Below are positions 49,519 to 58,708 of a stretch of 64,000 bases of DNA, one piece after another. Position 1 is the first letter of the stretch; every line of letters begins with the position of its first letter. Below the pieces are notes generated by a model. It did no database searches. It saw only the letters and a program-made list of their open reading frames with translations, and was not told the origin of the DNA. The DNA comes from an uncultured Clostridiaceae bacterium. GTDB lineage: Bacteria > Bacillota > Clostridia > TANB77 > CAG-508. The translations under genes and the position numbers were made by a program. The DNA is taken from the NCBI GenBank assembly GCA_947647275.1, contig CANSJQ010000005.1:16095-80094 (forward strand). Direction: 5' to 3'.

Positions 49519-49829
49519 TCTTTTTCTCCTTTCGCAAATGGTAATATGTAATCTATGTATTCTGGTACTTCTGGAACTCTATTATGAAATTCTTGCCATT
49601 TTATTTTATCTTCTTCTAACTTCTCTATTAGATTTTTATTGTTTGTTTCTAATTGTTCTATTTTATTTAATAATGTTTTAGCAGCTGCAAAATTTACAGT
49701 ATCACGAAAACCTTTATCTTCAAGAAGTATATATTTAGCTTCTTCTGTTGTTAATTGATATGTATCACTTTCATAAAATTTATTATATTTATATTCAATA
49801 CTGTTTTCTATTTCTTCTTTACTTAGCAT
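49515..49829 (-). CDS. Hypothetical early protein
   Basis: 104-aa ORF. Confidence 0.35.
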   Translation of the reverse strand: MLSKEEIENSIEYKYNKFYESDTYQLTTEEAKYILLEDKGFRDTVNFAAAKTLLNKIEQLETNNKNLIEKLEEDKIKWQEFHNRVPEVPEYIDYILPFAKGEKE

Positions 49830-50025
49830 TGCTTTCCTCTACTTTCTTTTCATAATTACTACAAAAAAACATATTTTCTATTAAATTTAGTGCATCTCTA
49901 TATCCCTCATAATATTTTTGTATTTCTCCTTTTTTCTTTAATTCATTTGAAATAGAGCTTCTTTGTAATTCTTGTATTTCTTTTAAAAATTTATCTGTAT
50001 CTATATTTTCTGCTTTATATATCAT
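49819..50025 (-). CDS. Hypothetical early protein
   Basis: 68-aa ORF. Confidence 0.3.
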   Translation of the reverse strand: MIYKAENIDTDKFLKEIQELQRSSISNELKKKGEIQKYYEGYRDALNLIENMFFCSNYEKKVEESNAK

Positions 50026-50388
50026 TTATTTACCCTCTACTTTCTTTTCAAATTTTTCTTTTAATTGTCTTTTTATTGTCACTATATCTACACTACTATT
50101 AATTTCATAATTAAAAGCTATCTCTTCTAGTATTAAATCTATTATTTTATTTTTCTTATCTATGCAATCTAATTGCTCAAACATATTAACTCTTTTGCTT
50201 TTAAGTATTTCTATCTCTTTTTGTTGTGATTTTATTAGATTTAATATTATTTCTGTTTGTCTTTTTTCTTCTCTTAGCTGTGTTGCTTCTTCGTCAAAAT
50301 CATTTTCATCGCATATATTTGCATTTTCATTGCATATATCTATTCTTTTTGTAAAATATTCTATTGCTTTATTCTCTTCCTCTGTCAT
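50026..50388 (-). CDS. Hypothetical early protein
   Basis: 120-aa ORF. Confidence 0.35.
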   Translation of the reverse strand: MTEEENKAIEYFTKRIDICNENANICDENDFDEEATQLREEKRQTEIILNLIKSQQKEIEILKSKRVNMFEQLDCIDKKNKIIDLILEEIAFNYEINSSVDIVTIKRQLKEKFEKKVEGK

Positions 50389-50576
50389 AAGTTATTCCTC
50401 CTCTACTGCTTCAAACTATCTTCTAGCACAAAATTATCATAAGATTGCTCATATATGTTTAGTTTTGTTTCTATGTTTTGTATGTAATGTTGTTGTTTTA
50501 TATTTATACAATTAAATAAAGTTATAATGATTAACAATATTATTGTAGTTATTAAGTTTAATGTATTATCTTTCAC

Positions 50577-50915
50577 TTATATTTCCTCCTTCGTTACTAT
50601 TTTTAGAGTTAAATCTTTATATTTGTATTCAAATAATTTCTGCTTAATCTTGAATACGTCTGTCTTCATTCCTTTTGTGTCTTCTACTATTGTTTGTCCA
50701 TTTTGCTCATATACAAAATCTGCTATATATTCTATCTTTCGATATGTCTTATTATTTTTTCTAAAACTTTCTTGTAGTAGAAACGGTACTTGTAATCTTA
50801 AATTACTTATTTCTCCTGCTCGTTCTAATAATGCTAGTTGTTTATATCTTTTTGCTTCTAAAGCACTGTCGAATACATACATATCTACTTTTGTTTTTTT
50901 ATTTTTGTATTTCAT
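50577..50915 (-). CDS. DUF1064-like phage protein
   Basis: MKYKNKKTKVDMYVFDSALEAKRYKQLALLE... is typical of this phage family. Confidence 0.45.
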   Translation of the reverse strand: MKYKNKKTKVDMYVFDSALEAKRYKQLALLERAGEISNLRLQVPFLLQESFRKNNKTYRKIEYIADFVYEQNGQTIVEDTKGMKTDVFKIKQKLFEYKYKDLTLKIVTKEEI

Positions 50916-50925
50916 CTTTTGCCTC

Positions 50926-51138
50926 CTAACTTTTTAACAAATTAGTTTGATAATTAAAGACTATTGGCTCTATATGTTCTTGTGCCTTTACTATTGTTAA
51001 ATTTATTTTCTTTCGTTTTTGATTTTTAACATATTTTTTTGATATTTGTTGTACTGTAAGTCCCATTCTCCATAGCTCGATAATTCTTTCATTTGTCATT
51101 TCTTTTTTGTCATCTATTGTTTCTTGCACTTTTATCAA
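50926..51138 (-). CDS. Small HTH protein
   Basis: ERIIELWRMGLTVQQISKKY is an HTH-like segment. Confidence 0.35.
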   Translation of the reverse strand: MIKVQETIDDKKEMTNERIIELWRMGLTVQQISKKYVKNQKRKKINLTIVKAQEHIEPIVFNYQTNLLKS

Positions 51139-51143
51139 CTCCT

Positions 51144-51449
51144 TTAAATAAACGGTATATGTCTGCTATATTCTACAAAATAGTTTTCTTCTTCTTTTCT
51201 TCTAATGTTTTCCACATTTTGTGCTTTAAGCTGTGGATTTTCTTCCATTACTTTTCTTCTTGCACGTGTAATTGATTCGAAACTTATTCCTTTATATTTC
51301 ATTCCTTGCAAGACTTTCGAAAATGCTGTACCTTCATTGCAAGGTAACATTTGCTGTAATACTTGCATTATTAAATAACAGTCATCTTCTCTTGCGTATG
51401 TATCTTCTTGTAGTATTTGTTTAACTACTTTTTTTATATTTTTATTCAT
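51144..51449 (-). CDS. Hypothetical early protein
   Basis: 101-aa ORF. Confidence 0.35.
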   Translation of the reverse strand: MNKNIKKVVKQILQEDTYAREDDCYLIMQVLQQMLPCNEGTAFSKVLQGMKYKGISFESITRARRKVMEENPQLKAQNVENIRRKEEENYFVEYSRHIPFI

Positions 51450-51456
51450 TTGTTTA

Positions 51457-51999
51457 TCACTCCTTTAACTGTTTTACACTCATTTTTTCTGCAAGTTGTT
51501 TTGTAAATTCTTGCATTTGTTGAGGCAATAGCTTTTGTTCTTTTTGTCTATCTACTATTACCTCGTATTGTTTTAAGAATTGCCCTTTTGTTACTGTGTT
51601 TACTGTGTCTAAATCTGTTTGCGCTAGTTCTTTAACTTGTCTAACATTTCCAAAAAATTTTTTAACCTCTGGACTCGCCATTTCGAATTGTTCTTGTGTC
51701 ATATAAAGTCCACTGCATATCATTGAATATGCTTCGTTCCAAGCCTCTATTGCTGTTCGTTGTGTAACTGGATTTATCATTTCTATTGCATTTTTTCTAA
51801 TGTCGTGTATGGTTGGAGGGTATGGGCTTTCTATTATTGTTTTCTTTACTGCTTGTAAAACTAATTTATAATCTAAGTCTCCTAAACACTCTTGCCATGT
51901 ATTAATCATCATTTGCTTTTGTTCTTTTGTCTTTTCTGATATACTTGAATAATTACCAGCTAAAAGAGTTATTATCTGTGTTATTTCCGCTCTGTTCAT
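51457..51999 (-). CDS. Replication-associated protein (DnaD/loader-like candidate)
   Basis: 180 aa, immediately downstream of the replisome-organizer gene. Confidence 0.4.
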   Translation of the reverse strand: MNRAEITQIITLLAGNYSSISEKTKEQKQMMINTWQECLGDLDYKLVLQAVKKTIIESPYPPTIHDIRKNAIEMINPVTQRTAIEAWNEAYSMICSGLYMTQEQFEMASPEVKKFFGNVRQVKELAQTDLDTVNTVTKGQFLKQYEVIVDRQKEQKLLPQQMQEFTKQLAEKMSVKQLKE

Positions 52000-52741
52000 C
52001 TTTTAATTTTGCCTCCTCCCATAATTCTTTAAAATCATCAAAACTACCTTTAGAATTTAACTTGTTTGTATCTTGTTTTAGTGGGAAAATTCCTTGCCAA
52101 TTGTTCATAATAGAATTATTAAGTATTTCTATTTGTTCTTCTATAACCGTTGTTAAACTATATAATTTTTTAATCATCAATTCTAAACCTTTTGTCGTTA
52201 AAGGTTTTTTTATAGCTATTCGCATTTTGATAAAATCATATATTGTTTTCTTTAATTCCTCATCTGAAAAATTTTGATTTATCAGTTGGTCAAATTCCGT
52301 TTCTTTTTTATTTTTTTCTTTCATTGTTTTAGTTTCTGTTTTAGTTTTTGTTTTCTGTTTATTTAATGTGGTCACTTTGTTGTCGTTTTGTCGGTCACTT
52401 TGTTGGTCAACTTGTTGTTCATTTTGTTGGTCAAATTCGTATAACAAATTTATTTTATATATTCCTGCATTATTTCCACTACCTTTTTTATATGTAATAA
52501 AACCTTTTTGAATTAAGTTGTTTCTTGCTCTTTGTAATGTAGATAATGTTAAGCCTGTATATGACATTAATAATGTATTAGATACTGTAAATTCACTTAT
52601 CCAATTGCATTTGTTGTTTATGTGCATTAAAATATGATATAAACACTGAGAATTTGAATGTAAAGGATTTAACTGTAGTAATTCATTAAATGTATTTACT
52701 TGCTTAATATAATTCATAGTAGTGCTTCTCCTTTCGTACAA
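51953..52741 (-). CDS. Phage replisome organizer (N-terminal winged-HTH) with internal origin-like iterons
   Basis: N-terminal ..LSTLQRARNNLIQKGFITYKKG.. is a wHTH. The central Q/D/N repeat region is encoded by direct DNA repeats. Confidence 0.55.
   Translation of the reverse strand: MYERRSTTMNYIKQVNTFNELLQLNPLHSNSQCLYHILMHINNKCNWISEFTVSNTLLMSYTGLTLSTLQRARNNLIQKGFITYKKGSGNNAGIYKINLLYEFDQQNEQQVDQQSDRQNDNKVTTLNKQKTKTKTETKTMKEKNKKETEFDQLINQNFSDEELKKTIYDFIKMRIAIKKPLTTKGLELMIKKLYSLTTVIEEQIEILNNSIMNNWQGIFPLKQDTNKLNSKGSFDDFKELWEEAKLKDEQSGNNTDNNSFSW
52371..52440. repeat. Putative phage origin iterons: 5-6 direct repeats of ~12 bp (GTCAMTTTGTTG)
   Basis: gtcactttgttg tcgttttgtcg gtcactttgttg gtcaacttgttg ttcattttgttg gtcaaattcg, flanked by AT-rich ctgttttagttt repeats. 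Confidence 0.5.
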
Positions 52742-52778
52742 TAAATGGCTAGAGTTTATTTTGTCTAGCCATTGTTGT

Positions 52779-53003
52779 TTAATCTTCTAATATTCCTGCT
52801 ATAAAAAATCCTGCTACTGGTATTAATCCTGCTACTTCGCAGAATATAATTTTACAAACTCCAATTGCAATCTCTAATCCATTAAGTGGATTTATCGCAT
52901 TTACTATTTGAATTATTCCGCCTACGAACATTAGCCATATTCCAACATATAATCCTAAAATTATAGTTGCTATTACTATTAATACTTGTAAAATTTTTCT
53001 CAT
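52779..53003 (-). CDS. Small membrane protein
   Basis: 74 aa with two TM segments. Confidence 0.35.
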   Translation of the reverse strand: MRKILQVLIVIATIILGLYVGIWLMFVGGIIQIVNAINPLNGLEIAIGVCKIIFCEVAGLIPVAGFFIAGILED

Positions 53004-53015
53004 TTTCTTTTCCTC

Positions 53016-53420
53016 CTATTTTCTTAAATAACTTTTTCCGAATATCTGCATAAAGTTTTCTGATTTATAATGCTTTTCGAACTCTTTTTGAGCAACTTTA
53101 TGCCATTTTTGCTTTAAAGTTTCATTGTTTTCTATTAAACTATGACATTTTCGGCAAAGTGGTATAACTAATCCATATCGCATACTAGCTTGTCTATTTC
53201 TTCCGCCAAAAATCTCGTGTAAATCTTGTCTTTTAGCTTTGCATATATAACAATGTTCAAAATTCTTTGTTAATATGCTAAATCTATCCTTTTCTAACTT
53301 TGCTAATTTACTGCTTTTCTTTTTTATCTTTGTAGACTTCTCTGCAGTTTTATTTTTCTGCAGAGGTTTTGGTACTGGGTTAAATGAATTGCTTAAATCT
53401 TTTACTACCAATTGACCCAC
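53016..53420 (-). CDS. Zinc-finger/HNH-like protein
   Basis: HCYICKAKRQDLHEIFGG...CRKCHSLIENN. Confidence 0.4.
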   Translation of the reverse strand: MGQLVVKDLSNSFNPVPKPLQKNKTAEKSTKIKKKSSKLAKLEKDRFSILTKNFEHCYICKAKRQDLHEIFGGRNRQASMRYGLVIPLCRKCHSLIENNETLKQKWHKVAQKEFEKHYKSENFMQIFGKSYLRK

Positions 53421-53854
53421 TCCTTTTTTAGTCTACTTAACTGTTCTGGAGTCATTGTTTCTATATCTAACTGCTTAGCTTCTTGTACAATTCCGTCTAT
53501 TAATATTGACATTTGCTTTGTATTCATTTCTGAACTACCCATATACACTTTATAGTGTTTAAATTTTCTGCCGTTTAAAATTGATTCTCCTGCTTCTGAG
53601 TAATATTTAAAATACTTGCTTACATCTATATCTGCTAAAACGCTAACTATTTCACTTTGACCATATATTTTTAGCATTTCAATATATACTTCTTCTTTGC
53701 TTACTTTCATAACGTTTGCTATTTCCATAATAAGTTTCCATGCATAGTTGTTTGCATTTAGACTTCTTTTTTCTCTATATTCTTTTACTTCATACTGTTT
53801 TGTTTTATCTTGTTTAAATAGATATTGTATTATTTGTTCTATTGTTCCTATCAT
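53405..53854 (-). CDS. Hypothetical protein (possible recombination mediator)
   Basis: 149-aa ORF between the MBL and HNH-like genes. Confidence 0.35.
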   Translation of the reverse strand: MIGTIEQIIQYLFKQDKTKQYEVKEYREKRSLNANNYAWKLIMEIANVMKVSKEEVYIEMLKIYGQSEIVSVLADIDVSKYFKYYSEAGESILNGRKFKHYKVYMGSSEMNTKQMSILIDGIVQEAKQLDIETMTPEQLSRLKKEWVNW

Positions 53855-53857
53855 AAG

Positions 53858-54493
53858 TTACCTCTCTACATGTTCATGCATAAACACATATTCTGAATTT
53901 TCTCCCATATTTTCTAATAAAAATTCGCTTGCTTGTTGCTTACTTAAATGACTGTCTTTTGCTCTAAATTCATAAACATATTTACACTCTTGTTGTTTTT
54001 GTTTTATTCTTTCTTGTATTTCGTCTTCATCATAATTTCCTTCAATAAGATATAAATCATAATTTTTAGCACTTATTCCTTCTACTGTTTTTGTATCTGT
54101 CATATATATAACTTTATAATCGTCAAATAATACTCTATATCCACATTGTGGCACATCATGATATAGTTTAATAGGTATTATTTTAAATAGCTTATAATCG
54201 TATTTCGTGCCAATTTGAAGTATATCTATATTATTTTTATTTACTCCACATTCAAGTAAAGGTTTTAGTAACCATTCACAACAAGCAAATCGTAGCGTTG
54301 GTCTTTCTTGCGCTAATTTTTTTATAATTTCTTTTTTAAAGTGGTCTGAGTGAATATGTGTGAGAAGTACTATTTTTAGTTTTTTATAATACTTCTCTAA
54401 TCTTTTAAAAGTAACTCCACAGTCTATTAAAACAATATCTCTTAATATAACTGCATTTCCTGTACTACAACTTGATATAATTTTATAATTCAT
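53858..54493 (-). CDS. Metallo-beta-lactamase-fold hydrolase
   Basis: LLTHIHSDHF matches the HxHxDH motif. Confidence 0.65.
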   Translation of the reverse strand: MNYKIISSCSTGNAVILRDIVLIDCGVTFKRLEKYYKKLKIVLLTHIHSDHFKKEIIKKLAQERPTLRFACCEWLLKPLLECGVNKNNIDILQIGTKYDYKLFKIIPIKLYHDVPQCGYRVLFDDYKVIYMTDTKTVEGISAKNYDLYLIEGNYDEDEIQERIKQKQQECKYVYEFRAKDSHLSKQQASEFLLENMGENSEYVFMHEHVER

Positions 54494-55178
54494 TCATACT
54501 CACTTCTTTAACTTCTTCTTGTTGTTCTATAACGTCTGCTTGTATTTCTATTGGCTCTGGCTGTGGAATTTCTTGTTGCATTTCGTCAGCTTCATACATT
54601 CCGCCTAAATCTTCTACAAATGTTTCTCTTAAAGCTCTTACTTTTGCAACTTTTTCTACCATTGTTGCACCTTTACTTCCCCAGTTTGAATTTAATTGAC
54701 CTTGTCCAGTTTTTTGTGCTACTTCATTAAAGCTTACACTTGTATATGTAGGATGTGACCAGTCTTTTCTATGTACTCTTGCCCAACCACCTACTAATTG
54801 CTCTGTTGCTAATCTAAATGTTCCTTGTCTTTCTTCTACTGTTCCATCTTCTTTTTGAACTATTATTCCACTTTCAATTCCATCATAATTTGGATTTAAA
54901 ACTGCTCTTTTTAATATTGCATCTTTTCCTACTACTAACTGTGCAGGTGTTCCTGCTTTATATTTAATTAGATAAGCTTCTCTTAAAAATGGATTTAATT
55001 TTCTAACTTTACAAAGCTCTGTAAATAGTTTAAATTCTTGATTTGTTATCTTTGCGTCTGTTCCTACTATGTATTCTTGTACAATACTTGGTGTTAATTT
55101 AATCTCATTTCCGTCTATATCAAACTTGACCATTAATTCTTGTTTTTGTGTTTCGTTACTCATAGTCATATCCTCCAC
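54483..55178 (-). CDS. recT: RecT-family single-strand annealing recombinase
   Basis: 231 aa with RecT-like core (..NPFLREAYLIKYKAG..VVGKDAILKRA..) and acidic C-terminus. Confidence 0.7.
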   Translation of the reverse strand: MEDMTMSNETQKQELMVKFDIDGNEIKLTPSIVQEYIVGTDAKITNQEFKLFTELCKVRKLNPFLREAYLIKYKAGTPAQLVVGKDAILKRAVLNPNYDGIESGIIVQKEDGTVEERQGTFRLATEQLVGGWARVHRKDWSHPTYTSVSFNEVAQKTGQGQLNSNWGSKGATMVEKVAKVRALRETFVEDLGGMYEADEMQQEIPQPEPIEIQADVIEQQEEVKEVSMNEL

Positions 55179-55971
55179 TTTCTAAAAATTCTTTTAATTC
55201 TTTTAATTTTGTTCTGGTTGCTTTTACTGTAAATTTAAGTGTTAATATATCTTCTTGTTTTTCTTCTACTACTGGTGCTTGTAAAATTTCTTGCATTTCT
55301 CCTTTTGGTATAATTACAGATTTTGTAGCTTCTTTCATAAATTCTTCTTGTCTTTTCTTTTCTTCTTCAATAGCTTTAAATCTATTTGTTACTACTGTAA
55401 TTGCATTACTTACGTTTAGTGTATTTTTATATTCAACTAATATTTCTGTTTTGTGTTCTTGCGTTTCAATTAAATTTAAGTCATCTACTATTTTGTCTAT
55501 AAATGCTTTTGCTTGTTCTTTTAAATTTTTCATACTTGCACTTAATGTTACGTTTATTCTTGCTTGTTCATATGTAATAAAATCAATATTATTAGCCTTT
55601 TTATATTCTTCGAAATAATCTTTAATATCTTGTTCTTTTTTTGCTTTTAATTCGCTTTCTACGTTATCTGCTTTATTCTTTAGTTCAATATCTGCGTTTT
55701 TATATTTATCAGATACATATTGTTTATAAACTTCTTCAAATTGCATATATGGTGCTAATACTTGCTCTTTAACTAATTTTCTTTGTGTTTCTAAATCTTT
55801 AAATTCTTTATTTAAGTCTGCTCTTACTTGTTTAACTTCCTTTACTGTTTCTTCTGTACAAACTAATTTCTTTGCGTTTTCCACTTTTTGTTCTATTTCT
55901 GTTGATAATTGTTTTAATTGTTCTTGTATAACAGGTAATTGTTTTACTACTATTAATTCTGTATTATTCAT
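55156..55971 (-). CDS. DUF1351-like phage protein
   Basis: 271 aa, coiled-coil rich, upstream of recT. Confidence 0.45.
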   Translation of the reverse strand: MNNTELIVVKQLPVIQEQLKQLSTEIEQKVENAKKLVCTEETVKEVKQVRADLNKEFKDLETQRKLVKEQVLAPYMQFEEVYKQYVSDKYKNADIELKNKADNVESELKAKKEQDIKDYFEEYKKANNIDFITYEQARINVTLSASMKNLKEQAKAFIDKIVDDLNLIETQEHKTEILVEYKNTLNVSNAITVVTNRFKAIEEEKKRQEEFMKEATKSVIIPKGEMQEILQAPVVEEKQEDILTLKFTVKATRTKLKELKEFLESGGYDYE

Positions 55972-56174
55972 TATGCTATTGCCTCCATTCTCTCTAACTT
56001 GCTTTTTAATTCAATTTTTAAATTATTTATTTCTTCTCCAATGTCATATAATCTTCCATATTGTTCTTCTGTAAAATCTTCTGTATCTACTAAACAGCTT
56101 TTTGCTCTTTCTATTAATTGATAAGCTTCTTTTAAATTCTCAATATCAAATTTTAAATTTTCTTTTTCGTCCAT
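55971..56174 (-). CDS. Hypothetical early protein
   Basis: 67-aa ORF. Confidence 0.3.
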   Translation of the reverse strand: MDEKENLKFDIENLKEAYQLIERAKSCLVDTEDFTEEQYGRLYDIGEEINNLKIELKSKLERMEAIA

Positions 56175-56261
56175 TTTTTATCCTTTCTCTTGCATACCTG
56201 CTCTTTTTGTGTTAATATATAGACAGATAATGAATTTATATAATTATTCTAAATCTAGAAG

Positions 56262-56528
56262 TTATTTGTTGATTTGAGCGTCAGTAATAACTTCTTTTAT
56301 TTTTGCTAAAATTACTTTTTCATTATTGTATGTATTACTTGTTGATAAACTGTATATTTTATTTATAATGTCTCTTAGTTCTTCGTTTTCAAAACGTAAG
56401 TCTTTATTTTCTTCATGCACTGCTGTGTTTTCTTCGTTTAAGTTTTGTACTTTATTTTCTGCTCTTCTTAATGCTTGTCTACTTTCTTGTAATAAGCTTT
56501 GTTTTTCTTTATTCCACATATTTTTCAT
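56262..56528 (-). CDS. Hypothetical coiled-coil protein
   Basis: 88-aa ORF. Confidence 0.3.
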   Translation of the reverse strand: MKNMWNKEKQSLLQESRQALRRAENKVQNLNEENTAVHEENKDLRFENEELRDIINKIYSLSTSNTYNNEKVILAKIKEVITDAQINK

Positions 56529-56558
56529 CTCCTTTCTATTTACATTTTTTGTTAAATT

Positions 56559-56963
56559 TTGTATAATTACCTCGAAAGTGAGGTGTTTGTATTGGAATGG
56601 TATTCTTATGTTGTTGCTGTAATTTTACTAATTTCTTCCATCATTTCTCCTATAATTACTACTTTAATAAATAATCAACATCAAATTAAAATTAAAAAAA
56701 TTGAAATGTATGAAAACTGTAAAAAAGAAGCTTTATCTAATTTTATTGAATGCGCTGAAGACTATTTATTAAATTTCAACTTTGCTGAACAGTCTGTAAA
56801 ATATTATTCTGCTTTAAATAAACTTTTTATATATTTCTCTGATATTACCTTAGATAGTTTTGTTCCTTTTGATACAGCTAGTAAAAATCATAGTGATTAT
56901 TCAACTGCTAGTATTGAATTGTCTAAAATTGTTCAATTCCTATCAAAACAAATAAAGAAATAA
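56559..56963 (+). CDS. Membrane-anchored hypothetical protein in the lysogeny module (superinfection-exclusion/Abi candidate). Start probably TTG at ~56595.
   Basis: Opposite strand to the early genes. Own promoter (extended -10 ttgtataat) and gaggtg RBS. N-terminal TM then soluble domain. Confidence 0.4.
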   Translation: MYNYLESEVFVLEWYSYVVAVILLISSIISPIITTLINNQHQIKIKKIEMYENCKKEALSNFIECAEDYLLNFNFAEQSVKYYSALNKLFIYFSDITLDSFVPFDTASKNHSDYSTASIELSKIVQFLSKQIKK

Positions 56964-57090
56964 TAAGTTGCAATATTACATAGATTCCATATATCCAAGT
57001 TGTTTCGGAATCTATTTTTTTATGCCAAAAACATAAACTTATAATTCCTACTATTATTAAAATTGTTTCTCCTAAAAATATTCTAAACAT
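56923..57090 (-). CDS. Small membrane protein (55 aa)
   Basis: RBS ataggaggaaat. MFRIFLGETILIIVGIISLCFWHKKIDSETTWIYGIYVILQLIISLFVLIGIEQF. Confidence 0.35.
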   Translation of the reverse strand: MFRIFLGETILIIVGIISLCFWHKKIDSETTWIYGIYVILQLIISLFVLIGIEQF

Positions 57091-57098
57091 ATTTCCTC

Positions 57099-57218
57099 CT
57101 ATAAAAATTTTATATATGAATAAGTAATAAACATTACTATCCAAATACTTAAACCTGTTATGCTTAATAACATTTCTTTCTTACCTCTTTTGTATGCTTG
57201 TGTCTCTTTTTTAGTCAT
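57099..57218 (-). CDS. Small membrane protein (39 aa)
   Basis: RBS aaaggaggtaacacaa. MTKKETQAYKRGKKEMLLSITGLSIWIVMFITYSYIKFL. Confidence 0.3.
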   Translation of the reverse strand: MTKKETQAYKRGKKEMLLSITGLSIWIVMFITYSYIKFL

Positions 57219-57232
57219 TTGTGTTACCTCCT

Positions 57233-57430
57233 TTACTGGTTATATGTTTTTTGTATAAATTCTTCTGCACCTTCTTCATCTATTCGTATTGTTTTTCCAA
57301 TATATTTCATTGGAAAACCTTCTGAATGAATAATATTAGTAGCATGTCCATGACTTATGTTGTATTTTTCTTTAAACTGTTTTACTGTAATATATCTAGT
57401 ATGTTTCTTTGATAAAATATTTGCTGCCAT
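57233..57430 (-). CDS. xis: Excisionase-like HTH (MerR/Xis fold) protein
   Basis: Start at MAANILSKKHTRYITVKQFKEKYNISHGHATNIIHSEGFPMKYIGKTIRIDEE.. with strong RBS aaggaaggaggaaaga. Upstream ATGACAA repeats are not coding. Confidence 0.5.
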   Translation of the reverse strand: MAANILSKKHTRYITVKQFKEKYNISHGHATNIIHSEGFPMKYIGKTIRIDEEGAEEFIQKTYNQ

Positions 57431-57553
57431 TCTTTCCTCCTTCCTTGTCAAAATTGTCATTGTTGTCATTTTTTATATCTTATACTTAATTTTTTTATTT
57501 AATAAAAACGTAGTTTTTATTTGTCAAGTGTTTTTTACAATATTTTTAGTTAT

Positions 57554-57772
57554 CTATTTGTGAACATTTCGTATAAAAAAATATTCCTCAAATTGCTTCC
57601 CTAATAGTTCACATATTCCTATTGATACTTTTTCGTTAGGATTTCTTGTTCCTGTTACTATTGAGCTTACATAGGCTTTTGAATATCCTAATTTTTCTGC
57701 TATCGAAGTTATTGTGTTTCCATTACTTGTCAAATCTTCTTTTAATTTTTGCGGATTTTTAACTGCTATCAA
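57554..57772 (-). CDS. cro: Cro-like HTH regulator
   Basis: 72 aa, HTH. Divergent from the cI-like gene. Confidence 0.55.
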   Translation of the reverse strand: MIAVKNPQKLKEDLTSNGNTITSIAEKLGYSKAYVSSIVTGTRNPNEKVSIGICELLGKQFEEYFFIRNVHK

Positions 57773-57902
57773 TATTACTCACCTCACTTTTGTTATCTTA
57801 TTGTGAACATTATATATTTATGTTTTATTTTTGTCAACACTTTTTTAAAAATTTTTCAAAAAAAGTTTTACTTTTGTGAACAACTATGTTATAATGTGAA
57901 CA
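57559..57902. promoter_or_regulatory. Four copies of the operator-like octamer TGTGAACA around the cI/cro divergent promoters
   Basis: Copies at 57559, 57802, 57875 and 57895. The last two flank the TATAAT box upstream of cI. Plus the minus-strand promoter TTGACA-N17-TATAAT for cro. Confidence 0.5.
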
Positions 57903-57917
57903 TAGGAGGTTCCAACT

Positions 57918-58574
57918 ATGCTTTCAAAAGAAGAATTAGGAAGGTATTTAAAAAATATTAGAAATAACAAAGGTTTATCTCTAAGAGAAGTAAATAAACT
58001 AACAGACATATCTTACACTCATCTAAATATGATTGAAAATGGTAAAAGAAATGTTACGCCTGCTCTATTACGAAATCTAGCTAATTTGTATAGTGTAGAC
58101 TATCTAGATTTATATAAAAAAGCAGGTTATATAGATTTAATAGAAGATGAGCAAAATAAAAAACTCGAAAATAAGCAAGCTTATCCTCTTTTAGGAACTG
58201 TTAAAGGTGGTTATGATTATTTGTCTTCTGAAAATATTGTAGGTCATATATTAATTGATAATCCTTTATCAGATATTGAAAATTGTTATGCTTTAAAAGT
58301 AACAGGAGACAGCATGTATCCTCTAATGGGTGAAGGAGATATTATTATTGTTCATAAACAAGAGAATTTTGAGAACGGTCAAACTTGTATTATACTAATA
58401 AATGGAGAAGAAGCAACAGTAAAAAATGTTTATAAAACAGAAAATGGTATTAAATTAGTAGCTTTAAATCCATATGTTCCACCTAAAGAATTTACTTTTG
58501 AAGAGATGAAGGATATTCCAGTAAAAATAATTGGAGTTGTAAAAGAAGTTAGAAACAGAAGTAGTTTTAAATAA
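57918..58574 (+). CDS. cI/LexA-like repressor (XRE HTH plus S24 peptidase)
   Basis: N-terminal HTH. C-terminal ..LKVTGDSMYPL..GDIIIVH..KLVALNPY.. has the S24 Ser/Lys dyad region. Confidence 0.8.
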   Translation: MLSKEELGRYLKNIRNNKGLSLREVNKLTDISYTHLNMIENGKRNVTPALLRNLANLYSVDYLDLYKKAGYIDLIEDEQNKKLENKQAYPLLGTVKGGYDYLSSENIVGHILIDNPLSDIENCYALKVTGDSMYPLMGEGDIIIVHKQENFENGQTCIILINGEEATVKNVYKTENGIKLVALNPYVPPKEFTFEEMKDIPVKIIGVVKEVRNRSSFK

Positions 58575-58708
58575 AAAATAGATAATGTATCCCTCGCCAA
58601 AGTTTTACATTATCTAATAAATACTATTACTCTTGGAAAAGTAATCTATTTGTATATTTAGTATACAACAAATAATTACTCTTTTCAAGTTATGAAAGGA
58701 GATTTTTT

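Noticed and set aside
52371-52440. CRISPR array?
   Set aside because: Repeats are 12 bp, contiguous, without spacers, and lie inside a protein-coding gene. These are iterons, not CRISPR. No cas genes and no other CRISPR-like repeat-spacer structure in the window.
57431-57469. Track start of the xis ORF at 57469 (MTTMTILTRKEER..)
   Set aside because: No RBS there. The ATG-ACA repeats are a regulatory direct-repeat array. The real start with a strong RBS is at 57430.
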